A stretch of 64,000 nt of DNA, taken from positions 13,561 through 77,560 of the forward strand of contig DASXUF010000017.1 in NCBI GenBank assembly GCA_036504975.1, given 5' to 3'. A program made the position numbers and the translations under genes. Positions 57,132 through 64,000 of this stretch are shown here, piece after piece; the stretch's first letter is position 1, and the number at the start of each line of letters is the position of its first letter. Below the pieces are notes generated by a model. It did no database searches. It saw only the letters and a program-made list of their open reading frames with translations, and was not told where the DNA came from. This DNA is from Candidatus Binatia bacterium. GTDB taxonomy: Bacteria > Desulfobacterota > Binatia > UBA9968.

Positions 57132-57297
57132 ACCTGCCCCCCTTCCAATCGCGGGCAGTCTAGGACGTACCTCCGATTTAGGCAAACGATGGCGGAAACT
57201 ACTTTGGTCTCAAGTCCGACTTGATTACCAAAGCGTTGAGTCGGAGAGTGGCCTGAACTCTAGGTTTAAATTAGTTTTCTCCGGACTCGGATTGTCA

Positions 57298-58944
57298 TTA
57301 TCTGACGAGTTTTTTCCGCACCGCTTCCCGCAGATCCTTTTTGGAAATCTTTCCCACAGCAGTGGTCGGAAGCCGGTCTAGAATTTCCAGCCGCTCGGGT
57401 AGTTTAAATCTAGCGATGCGCTTCTCTTCCCGAAGGAAACTGCTGAGATCTTCTAGGGAAAGCGCCGCTCTCGGTCGAAGGACTACGCACGCGCAGGCCC
57501 GCTCGCCCAAGACCGCGTCAGGCATGGCGACAACGGCGGCGTTCAGCACGGCGGGATGGGAAAGAATCAAGCTTTCGACTTCTTCCGCGCTGATCTTTTC
57601 GCCGCCGCGGTTGATCGTGTCTTTCTTCCGGCCTTCCACGATCAAGTTGCCGCTCGGATGGCGCCGCACGAGATCGCCGGTGCGGTAGAAGCCGTCGGCG
57701 GTGAAGGCGGTCCGATTGTAGTCGTCGGCCTTATAGTATCCCCGGATGGTGTAAGGTCCGCGGCAAAGAAGCTCGCCGATTTCCCCGGGCGCGACTTCTT
57801 TTCCGTCATCATCGACGATTCTCGTCTCATCGTCCGCGCTGGCGGGCCTTCCCTGCGTTTCCAGAATGACCTCGATGGGATCGCTGCTGCGAGTCGCGCA
57901 GAGAAGCCCTTCCGCCATCCCATAGACTTGCGCCACGACTGGGCCGAAGGCTTTGCGCGCCAGCCGCGCCGGCTCGGCATGGAGGCGCGAGCCGCCGACG
58001 ATAAGAGTTTTGATCGAGGTCAAATCATAATGCGCTCGTCGAGAGTCGGCGAGCCAGGTGATCACCGAGGCCGGGACCGCCGGAATCCAGGTCACACGCT
58101 CGCTTTGCACCAGAGAGAAAACCGTCTCCGGCTCGGGCGACGGCGCAAGAACCACGCGCGCGCCCAGCAGCAGTGCTCCTTGTATTCCCGGGCAAGCGAG
58201 CGGGAAGTTGTGCGCGATCGGAACCGAAACGAGGATTACGGTTTCCCCGTCGAAGTCAGTGACGGCGGCGAACTGTTTCGAGTTGTACAGATAATCGTTG
58301 TGCGTCCGCGGAATGACCTTTGGAAGGCCCGTCGTCCCGCCGGAGAGTTGGAAGACGGCCGGGGCGTCGGGATCGGGCCGAAGCCGTTCCAGAGATTTTG
58401 CCGGGAGTCGATTTTCGATTGCATCGTCGAGGAGATCGGCGACCCGCGTCATGCCGCGTCCGGTGCGCTCTCCGACGACGAAAATCTCTCGGAGCGAGGG
58501 GAGCTTGTCGCGCAGCTCCTCGGCCATCGCCACGTAGTCGAAGTTTCTGAACTCCGACGGAATAAACCAGGCGGCCGCGCCCGTGAATCGCGCTAGATAC
58601 TCGATCTCCGCGTGCCTATGGGCGGGAAGACAAGCGAGCGGGATCGCGCCGACCTTTAGGCAGGCGAAGTAAGCGACAATAAACTCAAGGACGTTCGGAA
58701 GCTGGAAAACGACGCGTTTTCCGCCCGAGATCTCGCGCTCGGCGAGGTGAAGCGCGAACCTGTCAACCAGCACTCTTAACTCGCCGTACTTGACCCGGCG
58801 CTTTCCATCGACGACGGCGACTCGATCGGAATTCTTTTGGACCGACTGGTCAAAAGCCTCTCCGAGAGTCACGCCAGCCCAGTAACCGCGCTCACGGTAC
58901 AAGCGGGCAAAATCATCCGGCCATGGAACCGCTCCATTCAACAC
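57298..58944 (-). CDS. (2,3-dihydroxybenzoate)-AMP ligase-like aryl-acid adenylating enzyme (EntE/DhbE family, ANL superfamily)
   Basis: 548 aa. AMP-binding motif (LSGGTTGLPK), A8/A10 blocks (YRTGDLVRR ... GKISKK). The N-terminus resembles EntE (RLYRERGYW). Confidence 0.8.
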   Translation of the reverse strand: MLNGAVPWPDDFARLYRERGYWAGVTLGEAFDQSVQKNSDRVAVVDGKRRVKYGELRVLVDRFALHLAEREISGGKRVVFQLPNVLEFIVAYFACLKVGAIPLACLPAHRHAEIEYLARFTGAAAWFIPSEFRNFDYVAMAEELRDKLPSLREIFVVGERTGRGMTRVADLLDDAIENRLPAKSLERLRPDPDAPAVFQLSGGTTGLPKVIPRTHNDYLYNSKQFAAVTDFDGETVILVSVPIAHNFPLACPGIQGALLLGARVVLAPSPEPETVFSLVQSERVTWIPAVPASVITWLADSRRAHYDLTSIKTLIVGGSRLHAEPARLARKAFGPVVAQVYGMAEGLLCATRSSDPIEVILETQGRPASADDETRIVDDDGKEVAPGEIGELLCRGPYTIRGYYKADDYNRTAFTADGFYRTGDLVRRHPSGNLIVEGRKKDTINRGGEKISAEEVESLILSHPAVLNAAVVAMPDAVLGERACACVVLRPRAALSLEDLSSFLREEKRIARFKLPERLEILDRLPTTAVGKISKKDLREAVRKKLVR

Positions 58945-59051
58945 AACGACCTCCTGGTGATGAAGAATCTGCTTTCAAGCTATCCAACGGCGAGCTTGCC
59001 TGTCAACCTGATTGACAAAACTCACTGGACTAGACTAAGCTTAGTCCGATT

Positions 59052-59291
59052 GTGAACAAGATCAACATTCACCAGGCAAAGACCCAGTTTTCCCGGCTCG
59101 TCGAGCGCGCCGCCGGAGGCGAAGAGATCGTCATCGCCAAGTCGGGCAAACCAATCGCCCGCTTGGTTCCTTATACCGCGCGGAACGAGCCCCGCCGGCC
59201 CGGGTACCTGCGCGGGAAGATCCGCGTCAAGAAGACATTTGATCGAGCTCTCCCAAAAAAGCTGCTGGCATCCTTTGAAGGTAAATCCTGA
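59052..59291 (+). CDS. type II antitoxin, Phd/YefM family
   Basis: 79 aa with the N-terminal Phd-like motif (INIHQAKTQFSRLVERAAGGEEIVIAKSGKPIARLVP). Stop overlaps the toxin start. Confidence 0.7.
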   Translation: MNKINIHQAKTQFSRLVERAAGGEEIVIAKSGKPIARLVPYTARNEPRRPGYLRGKIRVKKTFDRALPKKLLASFEGKS

Positions 59292-59294
59292 GCC

Positions 59295-59690
59295 GTGGTG
59301 CTGCTCCTCGATACCCACGTCCTGATCTGGTGGTTGGCAGACGACCGCAGGCTAAGCAAGGACGCACGCAACTTAATCGCCGACGCCCATCACCGGGTGC
59401 TCGTTAGCGCCGCGTCCGTCTGGGAGATTGCCATCAAATCCGCTCTAAAAAGGATTGAAATCGAACTCGACGACCTGGAGGACGCGATTCTCAAAAGCGG
59501 ATTCGAGCCTTTGCCGATCGCCCTGCTACATGCCGTCCGAGTCGGTCGACTGCCAGATGTTCACCGTGATCCGTTCGACCGCATGCTGGTAGCTCAAGCC
59601 GGCGTCGAAGAACTGCGGCTAGTCACTCATGATCGAGTATTCGAGCGCTACGGTCTGACCGCCGAAGGCCTGCCACCCATTTTCGTTTGA
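59295..59690 (+). CDS. vapC: type II toxin VapC (PIN domain RNase)
   Basis: 131 aa, GTG start. PIN acidic residues (LLLDTHVLIWW ... SVWEIAIK ... LVTHD). Confidence 0.8.
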   Translation: MVLLLDTHVLIWWLADDRRLSKDARNLIADAHHRVLVSAASVWEIAIKSALKRIEIELDDLEDAILKSGFEPLPIALLHAVRVGRLPDVHRDPFDRMLVAQAGVEELRLVTHDRVFERYGLTAEGLPPIFV

Positions 59691-59726
59691 AACAAGGGCC
59701 GTGAAAGAGAGATAGCCCTGAGCAGA

Positions 59727-60953
59727 TTGATGAGATCGCTGATGCTGGTGTTGGCCCTGATCGTGCTCGGGGTCGTGTTGGCGCCACAAATGGTGCAGGC
59801 CCAGGCTCCGGCAAGGATCGGATTCATCTATCCCGACAGCGGGCCGTTCGCTCAGCTCGGCCTCGATATGCGCGACGGCTTCCTGCTTTACTGGAGCGAA
59901 GTCGGAAGCCGGGCCGGCGGCCGACCGGTGGAGTTGGTGCTCGAGACCAAGGGGACCAGCAAGCCCGACGAAGGGTTGACCAAGGCGCGGAAGCTGGTGG
60001 AGCGGGACCGGGTTCAGATCCTTGGCGGGATCATCTCGACTCCCGTTGCCTATGCGCTGCGGGGAGACGTGATCGAAAACAAAATTCCCATCGTAATTAT
60101 GCATGCAGGCGCCGATGGGCTCACACAGAGGCAGAAGAGCGACTACGTCTTTCGCTCGTCCTTCGTCAACAGCGACTCGTCGCACCCGCTGGGCGAATGG
60201 GCCTATAAGCAGGGCTATCGGAAAATGGCGCTCGCGGCTTCCGACTTCAGCGCCGGCTACGAGCACATCGGGGGCATCGCTCGCACCTTCACGGACGCGG
60301 GCGGGCAGGTCATCCAGGAGATCTACCCGCCGCTCGGGGCGCCGGACTTTGCGCCCTATCTGACTCAGATCAAACGCGAGGCCGACGTGGTGGCTGCGTT
60401 CTTCGGCGGCGCCGACGCGCTTCGCTTCGTCAGCCAGTACGCCGAATTTGGGCTGAAAGGCAAGATACCGCTGATCGGCAAAGGCCTGACCGACGAGAGC
60501 CTCCTTCTTAAGCAAGGGGACGCAGCCATCGATCTCATCACCGCATGGCACTGGAGCGCGGCGCTCGACACCCCGGCCAATAAGCGGTTCATCGACGCGT
60601 ATGCATCCAAATATAAGCGCCCGGCCACGACGTACGCCGAGCATGGGTACGTGGGAGCGCTGATGATGGCGAAAGCCCTGGAGACGGTGAAAGGTAACGT
60701 CGAAAATCAGACCGTGTTTCTCGACGCGCTCCGCCGCGTCGAGGCCGATGCCCCGCGCGGCAAGATGAAGCTCGACGCCTATCACGCGCCGATCCACACG
60801 GTCTACGTCCTGAAGGTCGAGAAGAAAGGCGGCGCGCTCCAGAACGTTCCCATCGCCAGCTATCCCAATACCAATCAGTTCTGGAAATGGAATCCGGATG
60901 CATTCACGAAACTGACGCCGTATGGTGAGCTAAAAGGAAAGTGGGCGAAGTAA
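59727..60953 (+). CDS. branched-chain-amino-acid-type ABC substrate-binding protein (LivK/Peripla_BP_6 family)
   Basis: 408 aa. Signal peptide (MMRSLMLVLALIVLGVVLAPQMVQAQA) and the type I periplasmic binding fold pattern (RIGFIYPDSGPFAQLG). Confidence 0.8.
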   Translation: MMRSLMLVLALIVLGVVLAPQMVQAQAPARIGFIYPDSGPFAQLGLDMRDGFLLYWSEVGSRAGGRPVELVLETKGTSKPDEGLTKARKLVERDRVQILGGIISTPVAYALRGDVIENKIPIVIMHAGADGLTQRQKSDYVFRSSFVNSDSSHPLGEWAYKQGYRKMALAASDFSAGYEHIGGIARTFTDAGGQVIQEIYPPLGAPDFAPYLTQIKREADVVAAFFGGADALRFVSQYAEFGLKGKIPLIGKGLTDESLLLKQGDAAIDLITAWHWSAALDTPANKRFIDAYASKYKRPATTYAEHGYVGALMMAKALETVKGNVENQTVFLDALRRVEADAPRGKMKLDAYHAPIHTVYVLKVEKKGGALQNVPIASYPNTNQFWKWNPDAFTKLTPYGELKGKWAK

Positions 60954-60957
60954 ACTA

Positions 60958-61405
60958 CAAGGATGAAGTATGAAGGATGAAGGCGGAAGGTTCAGGGCTT
61001 TGCGTTTTTCCCTCTCAATTTCGTTTTGTTTACAATACTCACGAAGATAGCCAGCAGTTCATTTGTTTCGTTCTTTATTGGGATCAATTCCTTCGCATCT
61101 ACAAGCTCGGATTCGCCTAGAAGCTCCAACAGTAGAAGCTTTCCTCTAACTCCTGTAATCCGCCCTCGATCTTACTTATAAAATCCGCATCGGATTTGGC
61201 TCTTTGAGCTTCGCGATAATGTGCCCCAACGGAAGTTCCAGATCGAAGCATTTGATGCCCCAAAATTTGCGCTTCGACTCTCTTGGGTAATGTTGCATAG
61301 AGCCGGATGATCGCTAATGCAAAATCTTTCGTCCTTGTTTTTAGACCCTATCCATTTTCATCCTTTTAGCTGCCGTTGTCCTTCATCCTTCCGCCTTCAT
61401 CCTTG
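60958..61405. repeat. imperfect terminal inverted repeats built from GGATGAAG-type heptamers, flanking a decayed four-helix-bundle gene
   Basis: Left end caaggatgaagtatgaaggatgaaggcggaagg (60958..60990) and right end ccttcatccttccgccttcatccttg (61380..61405) are reverse complements at their tips. The GC-poor interior of about 390 bp carries the pseudogene below. Confidence 0.5.
60992..61340 (-). pseudogene. decayed four-helix-bundle protein gene (TIGR02436-like, the family found in 23S rRNA intervening sequences)
   Basis: Minus-strand translation gives ...KDFALAIIRLYATLPKRVEAQILGHQMLRSGTSVGAHYREAQRAKSDADFISKIEGGLQELEESFY and then, after a -1 shift, WLELLGESELVDAKELIPIKNETNELLAIFVSIVN. This matches the ...IYxLTxxFPKxExYGLxSQxRRAAxSIxxNIAEG...FL.IA.GS..E... 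signature. No in-frame start codon after an upstream TAG. Confidence 0.4.
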
Positions 61406-61409
61406 TTCT

Positions 61410-62105
61410 TCACACCCCCAGGTACCGCGCCTTGATCTCTTCGTTTTCCCACAACTCCTTCGGCAGCGATTCGTGCACGATCTTGCCTTTGCTCATGAGG
61501 TAGACGCGGTCCGCTATCCGCAGAGCGAAGCCGAGGTTTTGTTCCACGATGAGGATGGAAACGCCGGTCTCTTTGAGCCGCTGGAGAATCCGGCCCAGCT
61601 CCCGGACCAGCAGAGGCGCGAGTCCTTCGGACGGCTCGTCCATCAAGAGGATCGCCGGCTGAGAAATCAGCGCGCGGCCGCAAGCGAGCATCTGCTGCTC
61701 GCCGCCCGAGAGGTGATTTCCCGGGTTGCGGAGCCGGTGCTTGAGAACGGGAAAAAGATCGAGAATCTGGCTGAGCCCCCAGCCGGAGTTCGGTCCCTTG
61801 CATTGGTTGATGACAAGGTTCTCGCGCACACTCAATGACGGAAAAATACGGCGGCCTTGGGGAACCAGGCCGAAACCCAGACGAGCAATTTGATGCGCGG
61901 CAAGGTCGGTGATGTCGCGTCCCTGAAACAGAATCCGGCCGCGACGCGGCGGCGTCAATCCTGTGATGGAGCGGATCAGCGTGGTTTTTCCCACTCCGTT
62001 GCGCCCGAGCACGGCCACCACTTCGCCTTCTCCGAGAGCCAGCGAGACTCCCTGAAGGACGTAGCTCTCGCCGTAGTAAGTGTGGATTTCCTTGACTTCA
62101 AGCAT
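61410..62105 (-). CDS. livF: branched-chain amino acid ABC transporter ATP-binding protein LivF-like
   Basis: 231 aa. Walker A (GRNGVGKTT), ABC signature (LSGGEQQML), Walker B (LLMDEPSEG). Confidence 0.85.
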   Translation of the reverse strand: MLEVKEIHTYYGESYVLQGVSLALGEGEVVAVLGRNGVGKTTLIRSITGLTPPRRGRILFQGRDITDLAAHQIARLGFGLVPQGRRIFPSLSVRENLVINQCKGPNSGWGLSQILDLFPVLKHRLRNPGNHLSGGEQQMLACGRALISQPAILLMDEPSEGLAPLLVRELGRILQRLKETGVSILIVEQNLGFALRIADRVYLMSKGKIVHESLPKELWENEEIKARYLGV

Positions 62106-62865
62106 CAGCGGTTCCCAGGTATATCTCGGTGACTTCCGCGTTTTGTCGGACCTCCGCCGTTGTTCCCTGAGCCAAAATGCGCCCCTGGAAAAGCACCGCC
62201 GTCCGCTCGCACAGATCGAAAGCTACGTCCATGTCGTGTTCGATGAGGAGAATGGTCATCTCGGCGGGGAAGCGCCGGATCATGGCCGCCACCGACGCAG
62301 TCTCGGCCGGCGACAGGCCGGCGGTCGGCTCATCGAGCAGGAGAACCTTAGGCTTCCCCGCGATCGCCAACACCAGCTCCAACTGCCGCTGCTCTCCGTA
62401 AGAGAGCTGCTTGGCCGTCGCCGCGCTCCGATCGAGAAGACTCCATTCTTCGAGAAGGCCGCGCGCACGCTCGAAGAGATGCCGGTACGCGGTAAGAGGC
62501 CGGTGCAGTGTGAAGCGAATCGCCTCCGACGCCTGCACCGCCAGCAGAACGTTGTCGAAAACGGTGAGTTGGGAAAAGAGCCGCGTAGTTTGAAACGTCC
62601 GGCCCAGACCGAGCCGCGCCCTGCTATGGACGGGCAAACCGGTCGCGTCATGGCCGAACAACATGACCCGCCCCGCCGAGGGAGACGCGAGGCCGGTGAC
62701 GATGTCGAAGAACGTGGTCTTCCCGGCGCCGTTCGGCCCGATGATGGCAAGACGTTCCCCTGCCGCGACCGCGATGGAAACGTGGTCGAGGGCGCGGAGA
62801 CCGCCGAAATCTTTCGTGAGACCTTCAACCGAAAGCGCGATCATGAGCGCCGGCTCCTTGACCAT
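62098..62865 (-). CDS. livG: branched-chain amino acid ABC transporter ATP-binding protein LivG-like
   Basis: Start assigned to ATG 62865 (MVKEPALMIALSVEGLTKDFGG). The 480-aa ORF in the track is an in-frame read-through into the upstream gene. Walker A (GPNGAGKTT), signature (LSYGEQRQL), Walker B (LLLDEPTAG). Confidence 0.85.
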   Translation of the reverse strand: MVKEPALMIALSVEGLTKDFGGLRALDHVSIAVAAGERLAIIGPNGAGKTTFFDIVTGLASPSAGRVMLFGHDATGLPVHSRARLGLGRTFQTTRLFSQLTVFDNVLLAVQASEAIRFTLHRPLTAYRHLFERARGLLEEWSLLDRSAATAKQLSYGEQRQLELVLAIAGKPKVLLLDEPTAGLSPAETASVAAMIRRFPAEMTILLIEHDMDVAFDLCERTAVLFQGRILAQGTTAEVRQNAEVTEIYLGTADA

Positions 62866-63776
62866 CGTTGCAGAAGCCCGACGACTCCGTCCGGAGCGCA
62901 GAGAGTCACGATCACGTAGATGACGCCCAAAACGAGGAGCCACCGCTGCGTATAGGCGCTGATCTCGTTCTCCAGATAGACGATGATCGCGGCTCCCAGG
63001 GCGGGCCCGAAGAGCGTGCCGGCGCCGCCGAGTATCACCATGAGGAGCGCAGTCGCGGAAAAGATAACGCTCAAGTAGGTCGGACTCACGAAGCCATTGT
63101 AGTAGGCGAAGAGGTTGCCGGCCAGCCCCGCGAAGAAGCCGGAAAGGATGAAAGCGCAATACTTGTACAGCCAGACGTTGTAGCCCAGAACTTCCATGCG
63201 CGCTTCGCTCTGTCGAATACCGACGAGGGCGTTGCCGAACGGCGAGCGCACGATGATCCAGAGAACGGCGGCGGCAAGGACGAAAAAGATGAATACGAAG
63301 TAGTAGAATGCCACGCCGCCGGACAGCGACCACGGCAGGCCGAGATCGGGCCGCGGAACTCCCGGGAGTCCGTCGTCGCCGCCGGTGAGCGAGCGCCAGC
63401 CGAAAGCGACGCCCCAAAGGACTTGACCCAGTGCGAGGGTAATCATCAGAAAATAGGCCTCGTGCGTGCGCAAGGCGAGAAGACCGAAGAGCGCGCTGAC
63501 CGCCGCGGCCATAACGAGGCCCGCAGGGAAGTCGAGCCAAAAATTATTCGCGACGCGAAGGGCGAGAAGGGAGACCGTGTACGCCCCTGCGCCGAAGAAA
63601 GCCGCATGGCCGAGGGAAGGGAGCCCCGTGTAGCCGACGAGCAGATCGAGACTCATGGCGAAAAGACCGAAGATCAACATCTTGGTGAGCAAGCCGAGTT
63701 GATACGACGAGAGGAGCAGTGGAAGCGCCAGCAGGACCGACGCCGAAACGCCGATGAAGAAAACGCGCGTTTTCAT
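62841..63776 (-). CDS. livM: branched-chain amino acid ABC transporter permease LivM-like
   Basis: 311 aa polytopic permease (Gly/Ala/Leu-rich, 8-10 predicted TM helices). Confidence 0.8.
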   Translation of the reverse strand: MKTRVFFIGVSASVLLALPLLLSSYQLGLLTKMLIFGLFAMSLDLLVGYTGLPSLGHAAFFGAGAYTVSLLALRVANNFWLDFPAGLVMAAAVSALFGLLALRTHEAYFLMITLALGQVLWGVAFGWRSLTGGDDGLPGVPRPDLGLPWSLSGGVAFYYFVFIFFVLAAAVLWIIVRSPFGNALVGIRQSEARMEVLGYNVWLYKYCAFILSGFFAGLAGNLFAYYNGFVSPTYLSVIFSATALLMVILGGAGTLFGPALGAAIIVYLENEISAYTQRWLLVLGVIYVIVTLCAPDGVVGLLQRWSRSRRS

Positions 63777-64000
63777 CGGCGGCCGAAAAGTCCCGTGGGC
63801 CTGATCGCCAGGATGATCGCCATCGGCGCAAAGATGGTGAAGAGCGCAAACTCCGGGAACAGCGACTTGCCGAAATTGTCGAGCAATCCGATCAGGAGTC
63901 CGCCGACGAACGCTCCCTTGAGGCTTCCGAGGCCGCCCACGATGGTCACGACGAACGCCAGGAGAAGAACTTCGAAGTCGGCGCCCGGATAAACCCCGAC
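63773..64000 (-). CDS. livH: branched-chain amino acid ABC transporter permease LivH-like, C-terminal 75 codons (gene runs off the window end)
   Basis: Minus-strand frame ending in TGA at 63773..63775 (overlapping the livM ATG, ATGA) reads ...VGVYPGADFEVLLLAFVVTIVGGLGSLKGAFVGGLLIGLLDNFGKSLFPEFALFTIFAPMAIILAIRPTGLFGRR, a typical LivH C-terminus. Confidence 0.7.
   Translation of the reverse strand, partial: VGVYPGADFEVLLLAFVVTIVGGLGSLKGAFVGGLLIGLLDNFGKSLFPEFALFTIFAPMAIILAIRPTGLFGRR

Noticed and set aside
62098-63540. 480-aa ORF suggesting a giant LivG.
   Set aside because: The N-terminal 225 residues are Arg-rich nonsense translated from the 3' end of livM in another frame. A proper start (MVKEPALMIALSVEG) at 62865 gives a canonical 255-aa ABC ATPase.
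1-64000. Mobile-element hallmarks (integrase, transposase, tRNA attachment site, direct repeats) around the low-GC island.
   Set aside because: None seen. The island boundaries (51823..51867 and 57132..57297) are short and lack obvious direct repeats, so the insertion mechanism cannot be stated.

Overview
This is a high-GC (~65%) bacterial chromosomal segment, almost certainly from an environmental or metagenomic genome. It is dense with GC-rich REP-like palindromes. I saw no rRNA, tRNA or CRISPR array.

Contents in order:
(1) 0.2-14 kb, minus strand: a transport and catabolic cluster. A module of [TenA/PqqC-like heme-oxygenase-fold protein + NMT1/THI5-like periplasmic binding protein + bicupin] recurs three times. 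The third bicupin copy is truncated to its C-terminal cupin. Between the copies sit an EutA/GlmL-like ASKHA ATPase, an Fe3+-type solute-binding protein and a cytoplasmic PhnD/SsuA-fold protein. An FAD-dependent TcuA-like dehydrogenase lies upstream.
(2) 14-18 kb, plus strand, divergent from (1): a CoxM/CoxS/CoxL-type molybdenum hydroxylase (FAD, 2Fe-2S and MoCo subunits).
(3) 18-31 kb: two lipoproteins, pyrE, a second Fe3+-type SBP, a LysR regulator, an M20 carbamoylase/allantoate-amidohydrolase-type hydrolase overlapping pyrR, TctC, an MCP with a Cache-type sensor, a PrpF-family isomerase and a sensor histidine kinase.
(4) 31.1-42.9 kb: a complete Tad/Flp pilus locus. It runs from a sigma-54-type promoter through flp (a 58-aa ORF missing from the ORF track), cpaA, cpaB, cpaC, cpaE, cpaF, tadB and tadC to a DUF192 gene, a TadG-like gene and two TadE-like genes. 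A convergent sigma-54-dependent activator closes the locus.
(5) 43-46 kb: a frameshifted bcp, a GcvT-like protein, a Rieske ferredoxin and a peroxiredoxin ORF. The peroxiredoxin ORF has a single in-frame TGA exactly at the peroxidatic-Cys position, making it a candidate selenoprotein.
(6) 46-52 kb: housekeeping and accessory genes (NUDIX, HAD, SDR, SnoaL-like, cupin, thiI, an FAD monooxygenase).
(7) 51.9-57.1 kb: a sharply lower-GC island of four tightly packed minus-strand genes, with local GC windows of 30-40%. They encode a multi-TM membrane protein, a SLATT-like 2-TM protein, a SIR2-like/TIR fusion, and a STAND P-loop NTPase carrying a TM segment and a C-terminal OmpA-like domain. This is the best candidate for a previously undescribed anti-phage or abortive-infection-type system in the window.
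(8) 57-64 kb: an EntE-like aryl-AMP ligase, a Phd/VapC toxin-antitoxin pair, a LivK-like SBP, a decayed four-helix-bundle gene bounded by inverted repeats, and livF, livG, livM and livH (partial, running off the window).
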